NCBI RefSeq assembly: GCF_009914755.1
Contig: NC_060929.1
Direction: 5' to 3' (one strand)
DNA from: the human T2T-CHM13v2.0 reference genome, Homo sapiens
DNA length: 64,000 bases
Shown here: one piece after another, positions 33,861-52,872 of the stretch
Layout: each line of letters opens with the position of its first letter
Position numbering within the stretch: position 1 is the first letter of the stretch
The notes under the pieces: model-generated
Told to the model about the DNA's origin: nothing
Seen by the model: the letters and a program-made list of their open reading frames with translations, nothing else
Databases searched by the model: none
Program-made: the position numbers and the translations under genes

Positions 33861-35413
33861 CTTCACTATGTGTAAGAAACAACATTGGGGATTCCTCTTT
33901 AGCTTGCAATTATTTTAAATGATAAGCTTTTTTAGGGGAATTTTGGGGGGTGATGTGCAGTTTACAAAATCTAAATGTTTCGTTGAAGGGCCTGGCTTAT
34001 AGTACGTGCTCAGTAAAGTATTTGTTGAATGAATGAATCTTGAAATATCAGACAAAGCTTATCTCACATCTAGTAAAATTTAGGCACATACTCCTTGATT
34101 ATGATTAAGGAAAGAATGTCGGCAAACAGTATGTATTTTTGATATACGTTTTTTAGTTTTTGTCCCACATAACATACTGTTGATGAACAGTCCGTTCTTA
34201 CTCTCAATATTATGAACATAGAAAATATATATCAAATTTGGATTTTCTCTTTTGGTTTGAGAGAAGTTGGTATACATTTTCTGTTTCTTAAAAACAGGCC
34301 TTATTTCTAATCTTTAAAAATAATGGAGAAGATAAAGAGGGAGTGGGATTGTATTTTGAAACCCAGCTTTCTGTTTCATTATGAATAAAGGAGTTTATGT
34401 GTTTTTGAGAAGGGACTGTGGTATGGTCTTGCTGCTTTTTGAGCAAGGGAGAACTCTAAATTTAGGGGGGGAAAAGCTAATGTTGCACTAATATAATAAA
34501 ATGTCACCATTTACTCAACAGATATTCATTAAGCACCTGTTTATGGGCACAGGCAAAATCCGCAATTATCCTTTTCTTAAACTTGAATGCAAAGTTATTT
34601 CCTTATTATTGATGTCGCAAGTGGTGACTGTCTTAAACCCCTAGTGGCTATTTCAGTTGGGAAAGATGGCAGGTGAACTGCAGGAAGTGTAAATTCATAA
34701 CAGCCTTTAAAGGTTAATAAGTAACTTTGTACAGCTAAAATTATTGGGTTAAGCTTTTATATTGTCAGTTTAATAGAATCTGTCTACATTTTAAAATGAA
34801 GGGAGGAAGACATTTAATAAGCTAGTGTTTTTATTATCTCCCTGGTCCCTATTAGGAGACTTTGGTACAGTGTATTGAAGGGTAATGTACTTCTGGTCCT
34901 GTTTTCTGTAAATAATCTTTGTAATAACATTTTCTGTTTTTAAAAATCCCCAGAGATAAACAGTAGATTCCTTTTCTATAAGAAATGTTTTAAAATAAAG
35001 CTTCATTTCAGGAATTTTATTTTGTCCTTGTGTTCACCACTTACAAATAAATGCATATAAACTTGATAGTGCTAAAAAGGGAAGGATTATTAGTAATAAT
35101 TTGTGGTTCCATATGTGGACTTATCTTTTAGTATTGCAACTGTGATAAAACTACTAATTTAAAAGGATGAGATTTGTAGTTTTGCATTTATTCTGAACAT
35201 AAGGTTGCGTTGCCTATTTTAATCTATTTATATATGTTTAAAAAGCAGTAATATTTTATTTATTTCAGGAATCCAGACTAATGTGATCCAAAGTCTGTCT
35301 TGATTATTATGAAATAATGTAGATATTAATTTTTTTATAGTTAGCTTTTTTGTATTTAAGTGGGCTGTTTTGACTGTTAATGCTTATAATACTTAATACA
35401 TTGTTAAAGATAA

Positions 35414-35743
<330 letters not shown>

Positions 35744-35953
35744 TAGCTTTTTATTGTTGTTTCTAGAAAAAATAAGGAAAGTAATTCTTCAAATTTTAGT
35801 GATAGAGAATTGTGATACTTTTTCTTTAAATGTGTATTTCTCGGAAGAAGTTACCTGACAATGTACCACTGATAGTCTGGTGTTGATGACAAACCTACTT
35901 GTAAATGGTAATAGTGATGATAAAGAACAAGTAAATAAGGTGTGATGTGTTAA

Positions 35954-36368
<415 letters not shown>

Positions 36369-36980
36369 ATAATTTTTTTTTTTGTACCTTAAAAATACTA
36401 GTGTTTTCAAAGTATTGTTCCTTCCTTGGAGTAGTTCGTAATGTTTTGAGGCTAAATAAATTTCAGGATTATCTTGTGTTATAATTGCTGGAATATTTGA
36501 AATGTTGGTGTTTTCTTCATCAGGGTATGTGTGTCTGTTGGGGAGAGGGTAGTTCATTTTTTTGTAAGACCTTTTAGAATGATTTAGAAAGCATTTCTTT
36601 TTCCTCAGATGTGATTAATAAAGTGATTAATAATGATACTAACATGGCATATTGCAGCTGTGCTCATATTTGCCTGTGTAGATCATGAGAGTTTTAATTT
36701 AAAAAAGTTTATTTAAATACTTCATAACTAATTTCTCACATTATTTTCTGGGATAGGTTGCTGTTATGTTTTAAAGTCCCAGTTGTCTTTTTTAAAATTA
36801 TGAAAGGGTTTATTTAGGTTCCTCATCTGCTTTAAAATGAGTCTGGGATAGTTTGTTAAGGTTTTATAAGATTTTTGTCAAAATTAAAAATGCGTGTTGG
36901 TTTTGATCTGCTGTATTGTTCTTATTCTCAATTTTCATGAAAAATATTTTAACATTTTATTGAATATTTAATGTTAGTAA

Positions 36981-37374
<394 letters not shown>

Positions 37375-37406
37375 AAGCTTATTCTTAATATTTACTTGCT
37401 AGTTAG

Positions 37407-38058
<652 letters not shown>

Positions 38059-38473
38059 CGAGGAATTTAGCTTTTAAATTATTAGTTTTATGCATCCTGC
38101 TACCTTGGTTCAAAGCTTAAGTATACTTGAATCTTTCTATAATACTAACAAATAATGAGTAGTGCAGGATTTAGCTGAGACTGCTTTGGGCCCTCATCCA
38201 AAGGGAGTTCCTGAATTGAAATGCCAAGAAGACTTGGTAATAAGTTGTCTTAATCCTGACACTGTAAAATACCTGTTAATGTATTTTAGTCAAATAGATT
38301 ATGGTAAAACATACTCCCTCTTTTTCCTAGAAAGTATTAGGTTAATTTCATATTAAATCTAGGTACCTTTGAAATAACTAAATTATGAGCCCTGATATAT
38401 CTGTTTTCTTGCTTACCCACTTAGAAACTCATGCTGTGATTTCATATTTAATCTGTATGATTGAATTTTTTTA

Positions 38474-39100
<627 letters not shown>

Positions 39101-39104
39101 AACT

Positions 39105-39467
<363 letters not shown>

Positions 39468-40333
39468 TTAGTAAAGCAAAAATGAATTTTGAGTACATTC
39501 AACATTGTGTATGTTTTACACCGTATATATAGAGGGAATTTATGGGTATCTGTGGAACTGAAAGGTTTAATGGGTGGAACTTGGTAAGGTTTAAGCAAAA
39601 TACAACTTTCACTGTGCCTTCAAAACTCTCCCTGTAGACTAAGTCTTTCTCTGCTTCTAGATGAGCTTTTAGCGTGATCAGATAGCTTTTTAAGTCACTT
39701 TTAGGTAACAAAAAGTCTTCTGGTCACTTGTCAATAATAGTTTTATTTTAGTCATTAAAAGGTACAGTATAGTAGTGTTCAAACTCTTGTAGATTTCAGA
39801 ACTTTTCTTTGGCTCAAAACTGCTTTGAACCTAGAAGCTTGTTTTGGAGGAAGAGTCGTACTTAGTTGGCTTCTCTTTTTACTTTGCCAGGTCTTCTTCA
39901 GTATGGTATTCCTACCACTTCAGGATGCAGCTTAGGATTACAGAGAAAAGATATAGGGGGGAAGGTGGGGGAAGGTATAGTTTTATTGTGGCTTATCTGA
40001 TTGTGATCTGGCATTTTTGCCTTCTGAGTTGGCGAGGTTGTGCAAAGCTGACTCTTTCTTCAGGAGTGCTGGAAGTGGTTGAGGATTCTATGTCTAGGAA
40101 GCTCCAGCTATAATTCCTGTGATACAGTTCTCCAGCTCCAATTTAGCCTTCCAGTTTCCTTTATCTTGCAGGTTCACTTTGCCCAGGGTGAGATTTTTCT
40201 TTAGTCTTTAAGGTAGTTCTATAACATTTTAACCAGAACTGCCCATGCTTTATTGAGGATATTTCATAGACACAATTTCATTAATTCCACTGGGGTCTCA
40301 GCATCCTGTCTTTCCAACTCCTTCCATAAAATG

Positions 40334-40641
40334 CAGTAGACCCTCCAAATCATCAGATTTCACATCTGAGGATTTAGCCAGCCAAGGATAAAAAGTATTT
40401 AAAAAGAAAAAACAGAACAAAAAGGGTAAAAAGCTACAGTATAACAATTATACATGGCATTTATATTTTATTAGGTATACATAGTCTAGAGATGATTTAA
40501 AGTATACAGGTGGATGTGCCTAGGTTATATGCAAATACTGTGCCATTTTATGTATGTAAGGGACTTCAGCATCTGGGGATTTGGGCCAGGGTGGGGCAGG
40601 GTTCCTGGAACCAATCACCCATGGATACCGAGGGATGGCTG
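40334..40641 (-). mobile_element. MER2
   Basis: ctagagatgatttaaagtatacagg...gttatatgcaaatact...ctggaaccaatc...ggataccgagggatggctg. Confidence 0.88.
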
Positions 40642-40945
40642 TAAACGTTTCTTCAACAGTACTTCTGTATGTCTGCGATCTGTAATCCATTGCTGCTATC
40701 ACCTCTTTGCTGTCCCAAGACCACCTCCTTCCATGTCCTCACTGGAGTATTTACCCTGCCTTAAATTTGTGGTCCACTATTATAATTTTGCCTTTTCATA
40801 CACATTCAACTCCCTTGCGGCATTCTTCTGTTGTAATTCACCTGGCCAAACCCTTACCCCCACACCCTTTGTGTCCAGTTCTCCATCTGTTCCAGCATAC
40901 ATCTGGGAAGTTGAGCATGCTTTGAGGAAAACACACCCAAGCTGA

Positions 40946-41332
<387 letters not shown>

Positions 41333-42170
41333 TAATCCTTCTGTAATCCTAGTACGTTTCCTGATTTAATCACCACAGATTACTTTTAATACCTCTCGTC
41401 AAACCTCTAGCATCCCTTTTTTCCTCTTCATTTTCAGCTCATGACCTTGTTTCCTGTATGTTAAAAATGAAAGCGATCAGAATAAAACTTTTATACGTCT
41501 CCTTGTATCTTTACCCATACTTTGCCTTTCCTACTATTCTGTCATCATGGTCTCCACTCGTGCTCCTTTCTCCTTTTAAGGACATTGCATTGCTTCAGTA
41601 TTCATCTCATTCTCCTGCATTCTAATGAGCTGCATCATTTCCCCATTTCTACTGGATTATCCCTATCAGCATATAGATGTATTGAAATATCTCCCATCTT
41701 TAAAAAAACACCTTTCCAAATGCCACATCTTCCTTTAGTTACTCCTCTCCAAAAAGGTAAATATTTGTTGTCATCCGCGCTCCCTGTCTTGTTTGGATCC
41801 ACTACAATCTGCTTTTTTTCTCTTTCATTCTACCATAACAGCTCTTTTTGAGATTATTGAGTGACTTTGTTGGTGGTAAATTCCCTAGTTCTCAAGCCTA
41901 ATCTCAGTGGATGTAGAAGCAATAGCAGCATTTGATGTGGTTGATAACATCATGTTTGAAATCTTCCCTTTGTTTCTGGCATATTACTGCCTGTTTTCAG
42001 TTTCTTTTGTTGGTTCCTTTTCATTGCCCCAACTTCTAAAAAATGAGGCAGTGTTTCAGGGACATATGTTTAGACCTCTTCTATATTTATATTTAGTTTT
42101 AGTCCCCTGTGATCTCATTCTGTCTAGCTAGAATTATATACATATATATATATTTTACATTTTTTTATAA

Positions 42171-42480
<310 letters not shown>

Positions 42481-42500
42481 TAATTAAAAAACTTTTTCTT

Positions 42501-43081
<581 letters not shown>

Positions 43082-44310
43082 TAGAATTATATATTTCAAA
43101 CTAAAAATGTTATCTTTAGTCTGGATCTGTTTCCTACCTCCAGACTTCTGTATCCATTTGCGTACTCCGCATTTTTAAGTAGATTTCTAATAGGCATCCC
43201 AGATTTAATGTCACAACTGAACTCCTTGTCCTCCCTCTTCTCCATCACCCCTCCACCCCAGTAATTGTCCCCATTCCCGTCTTCCTCATCCTATTAAATG
43301 TCAACTCCATCTTTCAGTTTCTTTGGCCAAAAACCTAGTAGACATTCTTGACTCTCTTCTTTCTCATACTCCCACATGTGATTCAAATAATTAGCATGAA
43401 AACATGTCCCTTATCTATCTTAAAAACTGCCATAAGAATAAATGTAACCACAATTTGCTCTCTTCATCTGCTGCCACCTCTGTAAGCAACCATCGTCTCT
43501 TGCATGTATTATTTTAGTAGTCTCTACATGCTGCTTCTGCTGTTTTCTGTTCTCAAACCAGCAACAAGGGCGATCTTTTGAAAATGAAAGTCTGATTATT
43601 TTACTCCTGTGTTCAAACCCTTAGTGGCTTTCCATATCGTTTATAAAAACCAGAATACTTAATACCTAAGTATTCAAGAAGTCTTGACCCTTCATCGTCT
43701 GTACGTCCTGCTTGTCTGATTTCATGTCTTACCAGTTTCTCCTTGGCTTCTTCCACTCTGGCCACATATAGACCTCCCTGAGGTCTTGAACTTGCCAAGC
43801 ATAGTGTTGCTTTAGTGCTAGTAGGAATAGAGCTTCGTTTTATTCACTGCAGAATCCCCAGTATTCAGAACAGTGGAGAGCACATAATGGGGACTCAACA
43901 TTTCCTGAATGAATGACTGTTAATCTTGTCACTCATGTCTTTGGTTACAGCTTATATGAATGTTTCTATAACTAAAAGTATTTGAATTTCACCTAAAACC
44001 ATGTAGTCCTGTAAGAATTAAGTAGAAACAAATTTAGATGCAAGAGTATGAAGTAAGTTTCAAATCAATTTTTGTGTATGTAAAGTGAAAATACACAGTA
44101 AAATGGTAAGGGACAGAGGAGGTAGGAAAGGAAAGGAGATAAACTGATGGAATAAAGAAAAGGAAAACCTGATTTGGTAGTAGGGTGACAGCACCTTAAA
44201 AAAACCTATTTTGGGCTTGCGCTATTTTTTTTTAAAGTGATGTTTCTTCAATTCTGAGTGTTGGTGATTTACATGGACTTAGACCCTTCAATTTGGACTA
44301 TATTGTAATC

Positions 44311-44702
<392 letters not shown>

Positions 44703-45170
44703 TAAACTTCTTTTGTTAAAGAAAGGCAGTTACTGTTACTGAGATAGCTCGATGGTATCCTGTGCATTTTTTTTTGAAAGCTCAAATAGAAGTCTCACAG
44801 TTTTAGGGAGGGATTTTTTTTAGTCTACAAAAAGTTATTAGTATGCCTGTCCTCTTAGTACTGTACTGCCTAGTTACTCTCCTTTCAAAAAAAAAAGCGT
44901 ATATTTATTATATTTCCATGGTAAACTAGCAGCTACAATAATGTACACAACTCTATTGAGTAGTATTTATTAAATGCATATACATATTTGTGTTCCTAAA
45001 AATGCTTGTACATTCTAAAACTGCAATTTTACTGATAGTTGGGAAATGAAAGTGCAAAAGAAATTAATGACTTGTGAAGTTCTGGTATTTCATTATGTCA
45101 AGACAAGATTTTTTTTTTTTTTCCTGAGCTGTAGATCTCATTTGCTGTTGGTTGATTAAGAAAAAAATCT

Positions 45171-45470
45171 TGGCCAGGTGCGATAGGCTAAGTCTGTAGT
45201 CCCAGCACTTTGGGAGGCTGAGGTGAGTGGATTGCTTGAGCTCAGGAGTTCGAGACCAGTCTGGGCAACGAGGCGAAACCCCATCTACAAAAAAAAAAAA
45301 AAAAAATAGAAAAATTAGCCAGGCCTGTACACCCATAGTCCCTCCTACTCAGGAGGCTGAGGTGGGCGGATTGCTTGAGCCTAGAAGGTTGAGGCTGCAG
45401 TGAGCCGAGATCTCACCACTGCAGTCTACCCTGGGTGACAGAATGAGACCCTGTTTCAAAAAAAAAAAAA
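45171..45470 (+). mobile_element. AluJ/S
   Basis: Sense Alu; TSD aaaaaaatctt. Confidence 0.93.
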
Positions 45471-45619
45471 ATCTTTTAGATAAGTTGTTAAAATAGGTGG
45501 CTTAGAAGTTGGTGAATTAAAGAGATAATGTTTGTGTGCAAGTATAAATTATTCTCGATAAACCAGTGTAAACATTTTCCCATTTTTGTATAATATGCAA
45601 TAATTTATGTCTTTATTGA

Positions 45620-46054
<435 letters not shown>

Positions 46055-46564
46055 TAATTTTTAAAAAGCCTGTTTACATACCAAATAAAATCATCATGTT
46101 GGATGACACACTAGAAGTGTTTCTTTACAATTTTGAAATAATCTATTTTATAGACTAGGTAGTTTTCATTAGAATTTGACATTGACCTAGTTGAATTCAT
46201 ATGTTAGCATTTCACACATAACCATCTTGGATTAATGAGATCCTTGTTTCTGAGCTGGTGTGTAGTCCTACCACTCAGTTTATTTCAGCTGTATTCATAG
46301 TTTGATGCCCGCCATCCTACTTTAACTTCATAATGTTCTGTTTAGATTATTAAGTAATCAAAGTGGTCATATTGAGAAAACTGAATACAATTAATAGGTG
46401 TGACCCCAGTCTCATAAGGGGTCATTAAAATAATGCATGACATTATGCCTTCATTTATTCCATTCAGTACATTTATCAAACTACTATGTGAAGTTGTTTC
46501 TCAACCCATTCAGAATAAGATATAAACTGTACTCACCCAGAAAATACAAACTCAACAGTCTGTA

Positions 46565-46975
46565 CATAATTTGGCCCTAACAGCCTATTATCTCACCTTT
46601 GCTCACTACACTCTGGCCAAGTTAGTCTGTTCAGTTTCTCAAACATGCCATTCTTGGCCTTGGCTTAGAGCTTTTACACTGGTTGTTTCCTTTGTTTGAA
46701 ATGGTGTTTTCCCAGATGTTTTTTAGCCTGGCCCTTTACCTTTCCAATCTCAGCTTAAATATCACCTCCTGCTTCCTCACCACTCAGTTAAAAATAGGTC
46801 CTCCCCATCACTGTTTTAATTTCTTCATGCCATTTGTGAGTCCTTGAAATTATGTGTTTTTTAAAATTAATTTTTATGACAGTAGGGACTTCCTTTGTCT
46901 TATTCCTTGCTGTCTACAATGCCCGAAACAATACTGGCACCAAAAGGTGTTCAGTAAAAAAAAGTGTTGAGAGGA
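46565..46975 (+). mobile_element. L2 3' region
   Basis: cactacactctggcca...tctcagcttaaatatcacctcct...ctggcaccaaaaggtgttcagtaaa. Confidence 0.7.
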
Positions 46976-47010
46976 TAAAGCCAGGTACCAATTTCATCTA
47001 TTCCCCCCAC

Positions 47011-47291
47011 TTTTTTTTTGAAATGGAGTCTTGCTCTGTCTCCCAGGCTGGAGTTCAGTGGCACGATCAGGACTCACTGCAGCCTTTGGTCCTATCAATT
47101 CTTGTGCCTCAGCCACCCAAGTAGCTGGGATTCCAGGTGTGTGCCACCACGCTAGCCAATTTTTTATTTTTAGTAGAGATGGGGTTTCTCCTTGTTGGCT
47201 AGGCTAGTTGAGAATGTGATCCACATTTGGGAGATCCCGCCTGGGCCTCCCAAAGTGCTGGGATTACAGATGTGTGCCACTGCGCCTGGCC
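47011..47291 (-). mobile_element. Alu (J/S, diverged)
   Basis: Antisense Alu; TSD-like ctattc. Confidence 0.9.
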
Positions 47292-47463
47292 TATTCTTCC
47301 TTGTGAGTGATTTTAGTGTATTAATAATTTAAAATGTCAAAAGCCTATTTCTCCTAACCTAGAAAAGAAACTGGATTATTCCGATAAAAGCCTGTTTTAG
47401 AAAAGGATGAGAAAATTTAGGAACTGTTGTGATGATTCTTAGATCAGAGTAGTTAAGTGGAGC

Positions 47464-47646
47464 CAGTGTTGTGCTGGAACTGGTTAGCTGATTGTGCCTC
47501 TCTCTCCAGCTCCATGTTCAGTGACATCATGTTAGTAGCTTGAAACTGGCCATGGTGGGACATTTACAGCATGGCAGACTGCAGAAGCTACAAATCAGGG
47601 GCCCTTTTCTCAAAGAGGTGGTCAAATATTTATCAGCAGACCACTG
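47464..47646. mobile_element. MER63A (hAT-Blackjack)
   Basis: TIRs cagtgttgtgctg...cagcagaccactg; internal gttcagtgacatcatgttagtagcttgaaactggccatggtggga. Confidence 0.85.
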
Positions 47647-47710
47647 GCAGTGGGACCATATGAAATTGTTGTTTTTATAGACAAAAAAAATGCTTGAATA
47701 TTGGCAGTTC

Positions 47711-48390
47711 CTTTCCTTTCCTCTCCCCTCCCCTCCCCCCTCCCCTCCCCTCCCCCTCCCCTCCCCCCTCCCCTCCCCCTCCCCTCCCCCTCCCCTCCCC
47801 CTCCCCTCCCCCCTCCCCTCCCCCTCCCCTCCCCCTCCCCTCCCCCTCCCCTCCCCCCTCCCCTCCCCCCTCCCCCTCCCCTCCCCTCCCCTCCCCCTCC
47901 CCTCCCCCTCCCCTCCCCCTCCCCTCCCCTCCCCTCCCCTCCCCCTCCCCTCCCCTCCCCCTCCCCTCCCCCTCCCCTCCCCTCCCCCTCCCCTCCCCCT
48001 CCCCTCCCCCTCCCCTCCCCTCCCCTCCCCTCCCCCCTCCCCTCCCCCCCCCCTCCCCTCCCCTCCCCTCCCCCCTCCCCTCCCCTCTCCCCTCCCCCCT
48101 CCCCTCCCCTCCCCCCTCCCCCCTCCCCTCCCCCCTCCCCTCCCCCCTCCCCCCTCCCCTCCCCTCCCCTCTCCCCTCCCCTCTCCCCTCCCCCCTCCCC
48201 TCCCCTCCCCTCTCCCCTCCCCCCTCCCCTCCCCTCCCCTCTCCCCTCCCCTCCCCTCTCCCCTCCCCTCCCCCTCCCCTCCCCCTCCTCTCCCCCTCCC
48301 CTCCCCCTCCTCTCCCCCTCCCTTCCCCTCCTCTCCCCTCTCCCCTCCCCTCCCCTCTCCTCTCCCCTCTCCTCTCTTCTCCCCTCCCTT
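47711..48390. repeat. ~680-bp pure pyrimidine (CCCCT/CCCCCT/CCCCTCT)n array
   Basis: Only C and T over the whole tract; it abuts the poly-T of an antisense Alu. Confidence 0.97.
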
Positions 48391-48391
48391 C

Positions 48392-48682
48392 TTTTTTTTT
48401 TTTAAAGACAGAGTCTGTTTGTTGCCCAGGCTAGAGTGCAGTGGCTTGGTCTTGGCTCACTGCAACCTCTGCCTCCTAGGTTCAAGTGATTCTCCTGCCT
48501 CAGCCTCCTGAGTAGGTGAGACTACAGGTGTGCACCACCACGCCCGACTAATTTTTGTATTTTTAGTAGAAACAGGGTTTCATCATGTTGGCCAGACTGG
48601 TCTTGAACTCCCAACCTCAAGTGATGCGCATGCCTCGATCTCCCAAAGCTCTGGGATTACAGGCGTAAGCCACCACACCTGG
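48392..48682 (-). mobile_element. AluS whose tail contains the C/T array
   Basis: Antisense Alu; TSD tgaatattggcaRttYctt at 47695 and 48683. Confidence 0.95.
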
Positions 48683-49386
48683 TGAATATTGGCAATTTCT
48701 TATGGTTTAGTCTAGTAGAATTACTTATTTTGGTTTAAAGAAATTTCTTTATGGTGGTCAGTGGAGTTATATCAGTGCTTTTACCTTCTTTTTCAAAGTT
48801 ATGTTCTCTTTACATCTGATGATTACTTCTAGATTCATTTATTGCATAAAATGTGCTATTTATATGTTTGTATATTGTTTAACTGTGTATCTAATAGTTC
48901 ATTCCAAAGCAGGCACAAAAGATCTTCAGATCCTCTGACAGAGTGTTCTTGGTTTTACTGCTTATGCTAAATAAGATTATTGAAAGGCGTTACTTTTCTG
49001 GTCAAGAAAGCAGAACTGATTCAGTTTGTTATATAGCATTTTCTCAGCCCTCCCCCCCCCCCTTTCAGAATAATTTACATAAATACTCCTGAGTTCAATT
49101 TTTTTTAACTTTTTTTTCTGCTTTTACTTATTACCCTTTAAGTGCTTGCTTACTTTCTCTGATAATTTACTTTCTTCTACTCTGTGATTTCTTTTACAAA
49201 TCAATGAAATGGTGTTGTCTTGTTTTCTCAAGTTTTTTCCTGTTACCTTTCCTGTGGTCACCTGGACATTCCAGTCCGTTTTCCACACTCTCCCTCTACC
49301 TTCTCCCCCAGTTCTTTAAAGAGACACAAAGTTACAGGCAGCATTTTCTGATTGGAGAAAAATTATTGTTTAAAAATTGAACTCTG

Positions 49387-49673
49387 AGACTGGGCACAGT
49401 GGTTGGCTCACGCTTGTAATCCCGGCACTTTGGGAGGCTGAGGTGGGCGATTGCTTGAGTACAGGAGTTCGAGATCAGCCCAGGCAACAGGGTGAAACCC
49501 TATCTCTATAAAAAATACAAAAATTAGCTGGGCATGAGTGTGTTTATGACCCCAGCTCCTTGGGGGCTGAGGTGGGAGGTTGCTTGAGCCTAGGATGTCA
49601 AGGCTTCAGTGAGCTGAGCTCACACCACTGCACTCCAGCCTGGATGACAGAGCAAGACCCTGTCTCAAAGAAA
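49387..49673 (+). mobile_element. AluJ
   Basis: Sense Alu; TSD aaaaattgaact. Confidence 0.92.
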
Positions 49674-51324
49674 AATTGAACTTAGTTGGCTCGGGAGTTT
49701 ATTGGCATTTTTTGAGCAACAGTTGCTTTGTTAATTCTGAATAACTGGATTTGAACTGGTGCTACTGAATTAAAATATGGGGTCTACATTTCTTACCCTT
49801 TAACTGAAATTATTCTCTTTTATGCACACACACAAACTGTATTTAATGTAGAACATCAGAAAGTATATACAAGCTAAGGAAAAAGTTTTAATCCTACCAC
49901 CCTAAAATATAATAACTAGTCAGTGGTCATGTTTTGATGAACATCCTTCCAGATACCTCAATATGAATATATGTTTTTTCACAAAATCTTACATAGACTC
50001 TGACATTTCACTTTAACGAATATTATCATAAAAGTATTACTTTTTATTACTTCAGTTTGAAAGGGTCATATTGGAAAGTGAAAATTCTGTTTGACGAGGA
50101 TAAAGCTGTAGGTAAAGTTGTGATTAAAAACAATGGTGTTTATAGAGAGTAGAATGTGGTAAGTCAACTGGAGAAAAGAATTACTTTCAGCAGTAATTTT
50201 TTTCTTAAGAGCCCTCTTACCATTGCACAATAGCCTGATTGTTTTATACTAGCTGATGAAAACCATTCAGGATTCTATGTACAGCAGAATTATTTTAATA
50301 ATAGCCCTAGGGTAAAATATGAGCCTGTAGATAAGTTTATATTTTTTAGTCTGTCCAAGTCCGACTGATCCTTTAATAGTAAAATAATTTTGGAAGAAAA
50401 CTGTGTTTTATTGAAGGCCTTCATCTATCTGTAGTATGACAATTTTATTAGATATTGCTACCCTTTTTATGTGTGAGAATGAGGAGTGAAATAGTTCTTG
50501 GAAAAATTTTAGCATGTAAGAATTCTTATGTTAATGTTTCCTTTGATTTTTGTTTTATGAATGTGAAAAATCCTTGTGGAAGAATTGCTCATATATATTG
50601 GTATATTGCATTCTTTGGAAATCACCAGTTCCAAATTTGTCAAGTGGTTGTTTGGGTCGTTAAATAGCAATTGTAAAAGCAAATCAAAGATCCTTTAAAG
50701 ATTTTTCCTTGATCACAGTGATATCCATTACCTGGGGTAGAGTAGACCGCTGATGTCTTGCCTTCATTTTTATTGTTCTTAACCTCGTCCTTTCTGTGTT
50801 GTATCACTGCTTGCTCACAAGCTCCTCCAGTCTTTTTCTCTTCAGTAGCTTTTTCTCTTACCCCCTTGTGCTACTTCCTGAATGGTGTATATGTTGCTGA
50901 AAACATTTCTCATGTGGTAAAGAAGAGTAAAGAGCAATGTAGTTGATGTGGCCTTTTCTACTGAGAAATGATGCATTTGTGGTCTACAGAAGAGACTTGA
51001 CAGCCCCTAAAGAAGTGTTTTTTATCTACATTACATGTTTGTGAGTGGATATGCAAGTGCCTCTGTTGGAAGGTAAAGTGAATCTTGAAACAAATTCTAG
51101 AAAAGTGTTTAGAATTATTCCATACATTTTGCTGTTGAAAAAATAGTATTTAAAGAAAGTTTCATCTCACAGTGAATTTTTAGCCTCCTCTTTTAAGATT
51201 TATTTTGTGAACAGTGACCTTGTTTTTGTAAACTCTACTCTGAAGAAGTTTAGAAATTAGTCACACAGTAAGTGGCAGAACAAGTATTCAAAGTCTTGCC
51301 TGATTTTCCATAGTCATTTAGCTT

Positions 51325-51545
51325 GGAAAGCATTGTAAAGTGGCAGAAAGAATATGGACTTTGAAATTTAGACACACCTCGATTTGATCTCTAACTTTGC
51401 TGCATATTTGCTGCGTGGCAAGTTCTTACCGTTGGTGATTTTCATTTTCCTTTTCAGTTAAGTGAGAGTAATACATTTGTTAGGATTAAATGAAGTAATG
51501 CACATAAAGCATTTGGCTTGTAGAATAAGATGTTAATAAATGTTT
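51325..51545 (+). mobile_element. MIR
   Basis: gaaagaatatggactttgaaatttagaca...ttaggattaaatgaagtaatgcacataaagcattt. Confidence 0.7.
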
Positions 51546-52057
51546 AATTTCCTTTCAACAATACCATATCGTTTTAAAATGTCTTGGGAGCCACTTGGAC
51601 ATTTCACTTGAAAGTTAAGTGCCATCAGGAAACTAGAAACATGTATAACCCAGGTAGTGATCTTTCAGGGAAATTTTAATTTCCCTGTCTAAGGAGGAGA
51701 GTAGTTTTTCGGACTGTTTTAAAAATATGTGACTTAAAGGAAAGTTTTAAGGTTAAAAGCTGAAATAGAACTGAGTTAGGATGAGTTAATTATTGCTGAC
51801 CAAAATTGTAAGAAAGTCCATTTCTACATTTCCTGAGAAATCGAAACATTTGTGTTATATACATAGAGAAGTCACTTTTAAAGGCTAAGAACTGACCATT
51901 TGAAAAGTTTATGATTAAGATATGGGGAGAAAGTGTTCATTTTTAAAGTAATAAACAATAGCAAGTTTCTCTTATCAGATTTAAGGTTTAAGGAATGGTG
52001 CTTGTTCAGACCTGAGTACAGTGATGACACAGGTACTAAATATGTTGTTGGAGGTAG

Positions 52058-52872
<815 letters not shown>

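Noticed and set aside
34636-34690. CTCF-like CCACTAGGGG (minus strand) plus an E-box and ETS CAGGAAGTG
   Set aside because: The CTCF match lacks the GC end of the core, and motif evidence alone is too weak.
47711-48390. Possible SVA element (CCCTCT hexamer)
   Set aside because: The units are mainly CCCCT/CCCCCT, there is no SVA Alu-like, VNTR or SINE-R region, and the tract lies within an ordinary Alu's TSD.
47690-48511. Three long proline-rich ORFs (273, 246 and 234 aa)
   Set aside because: They are translations of the stop-free C/T repeat running into an antisense Alu; there is no exon context.
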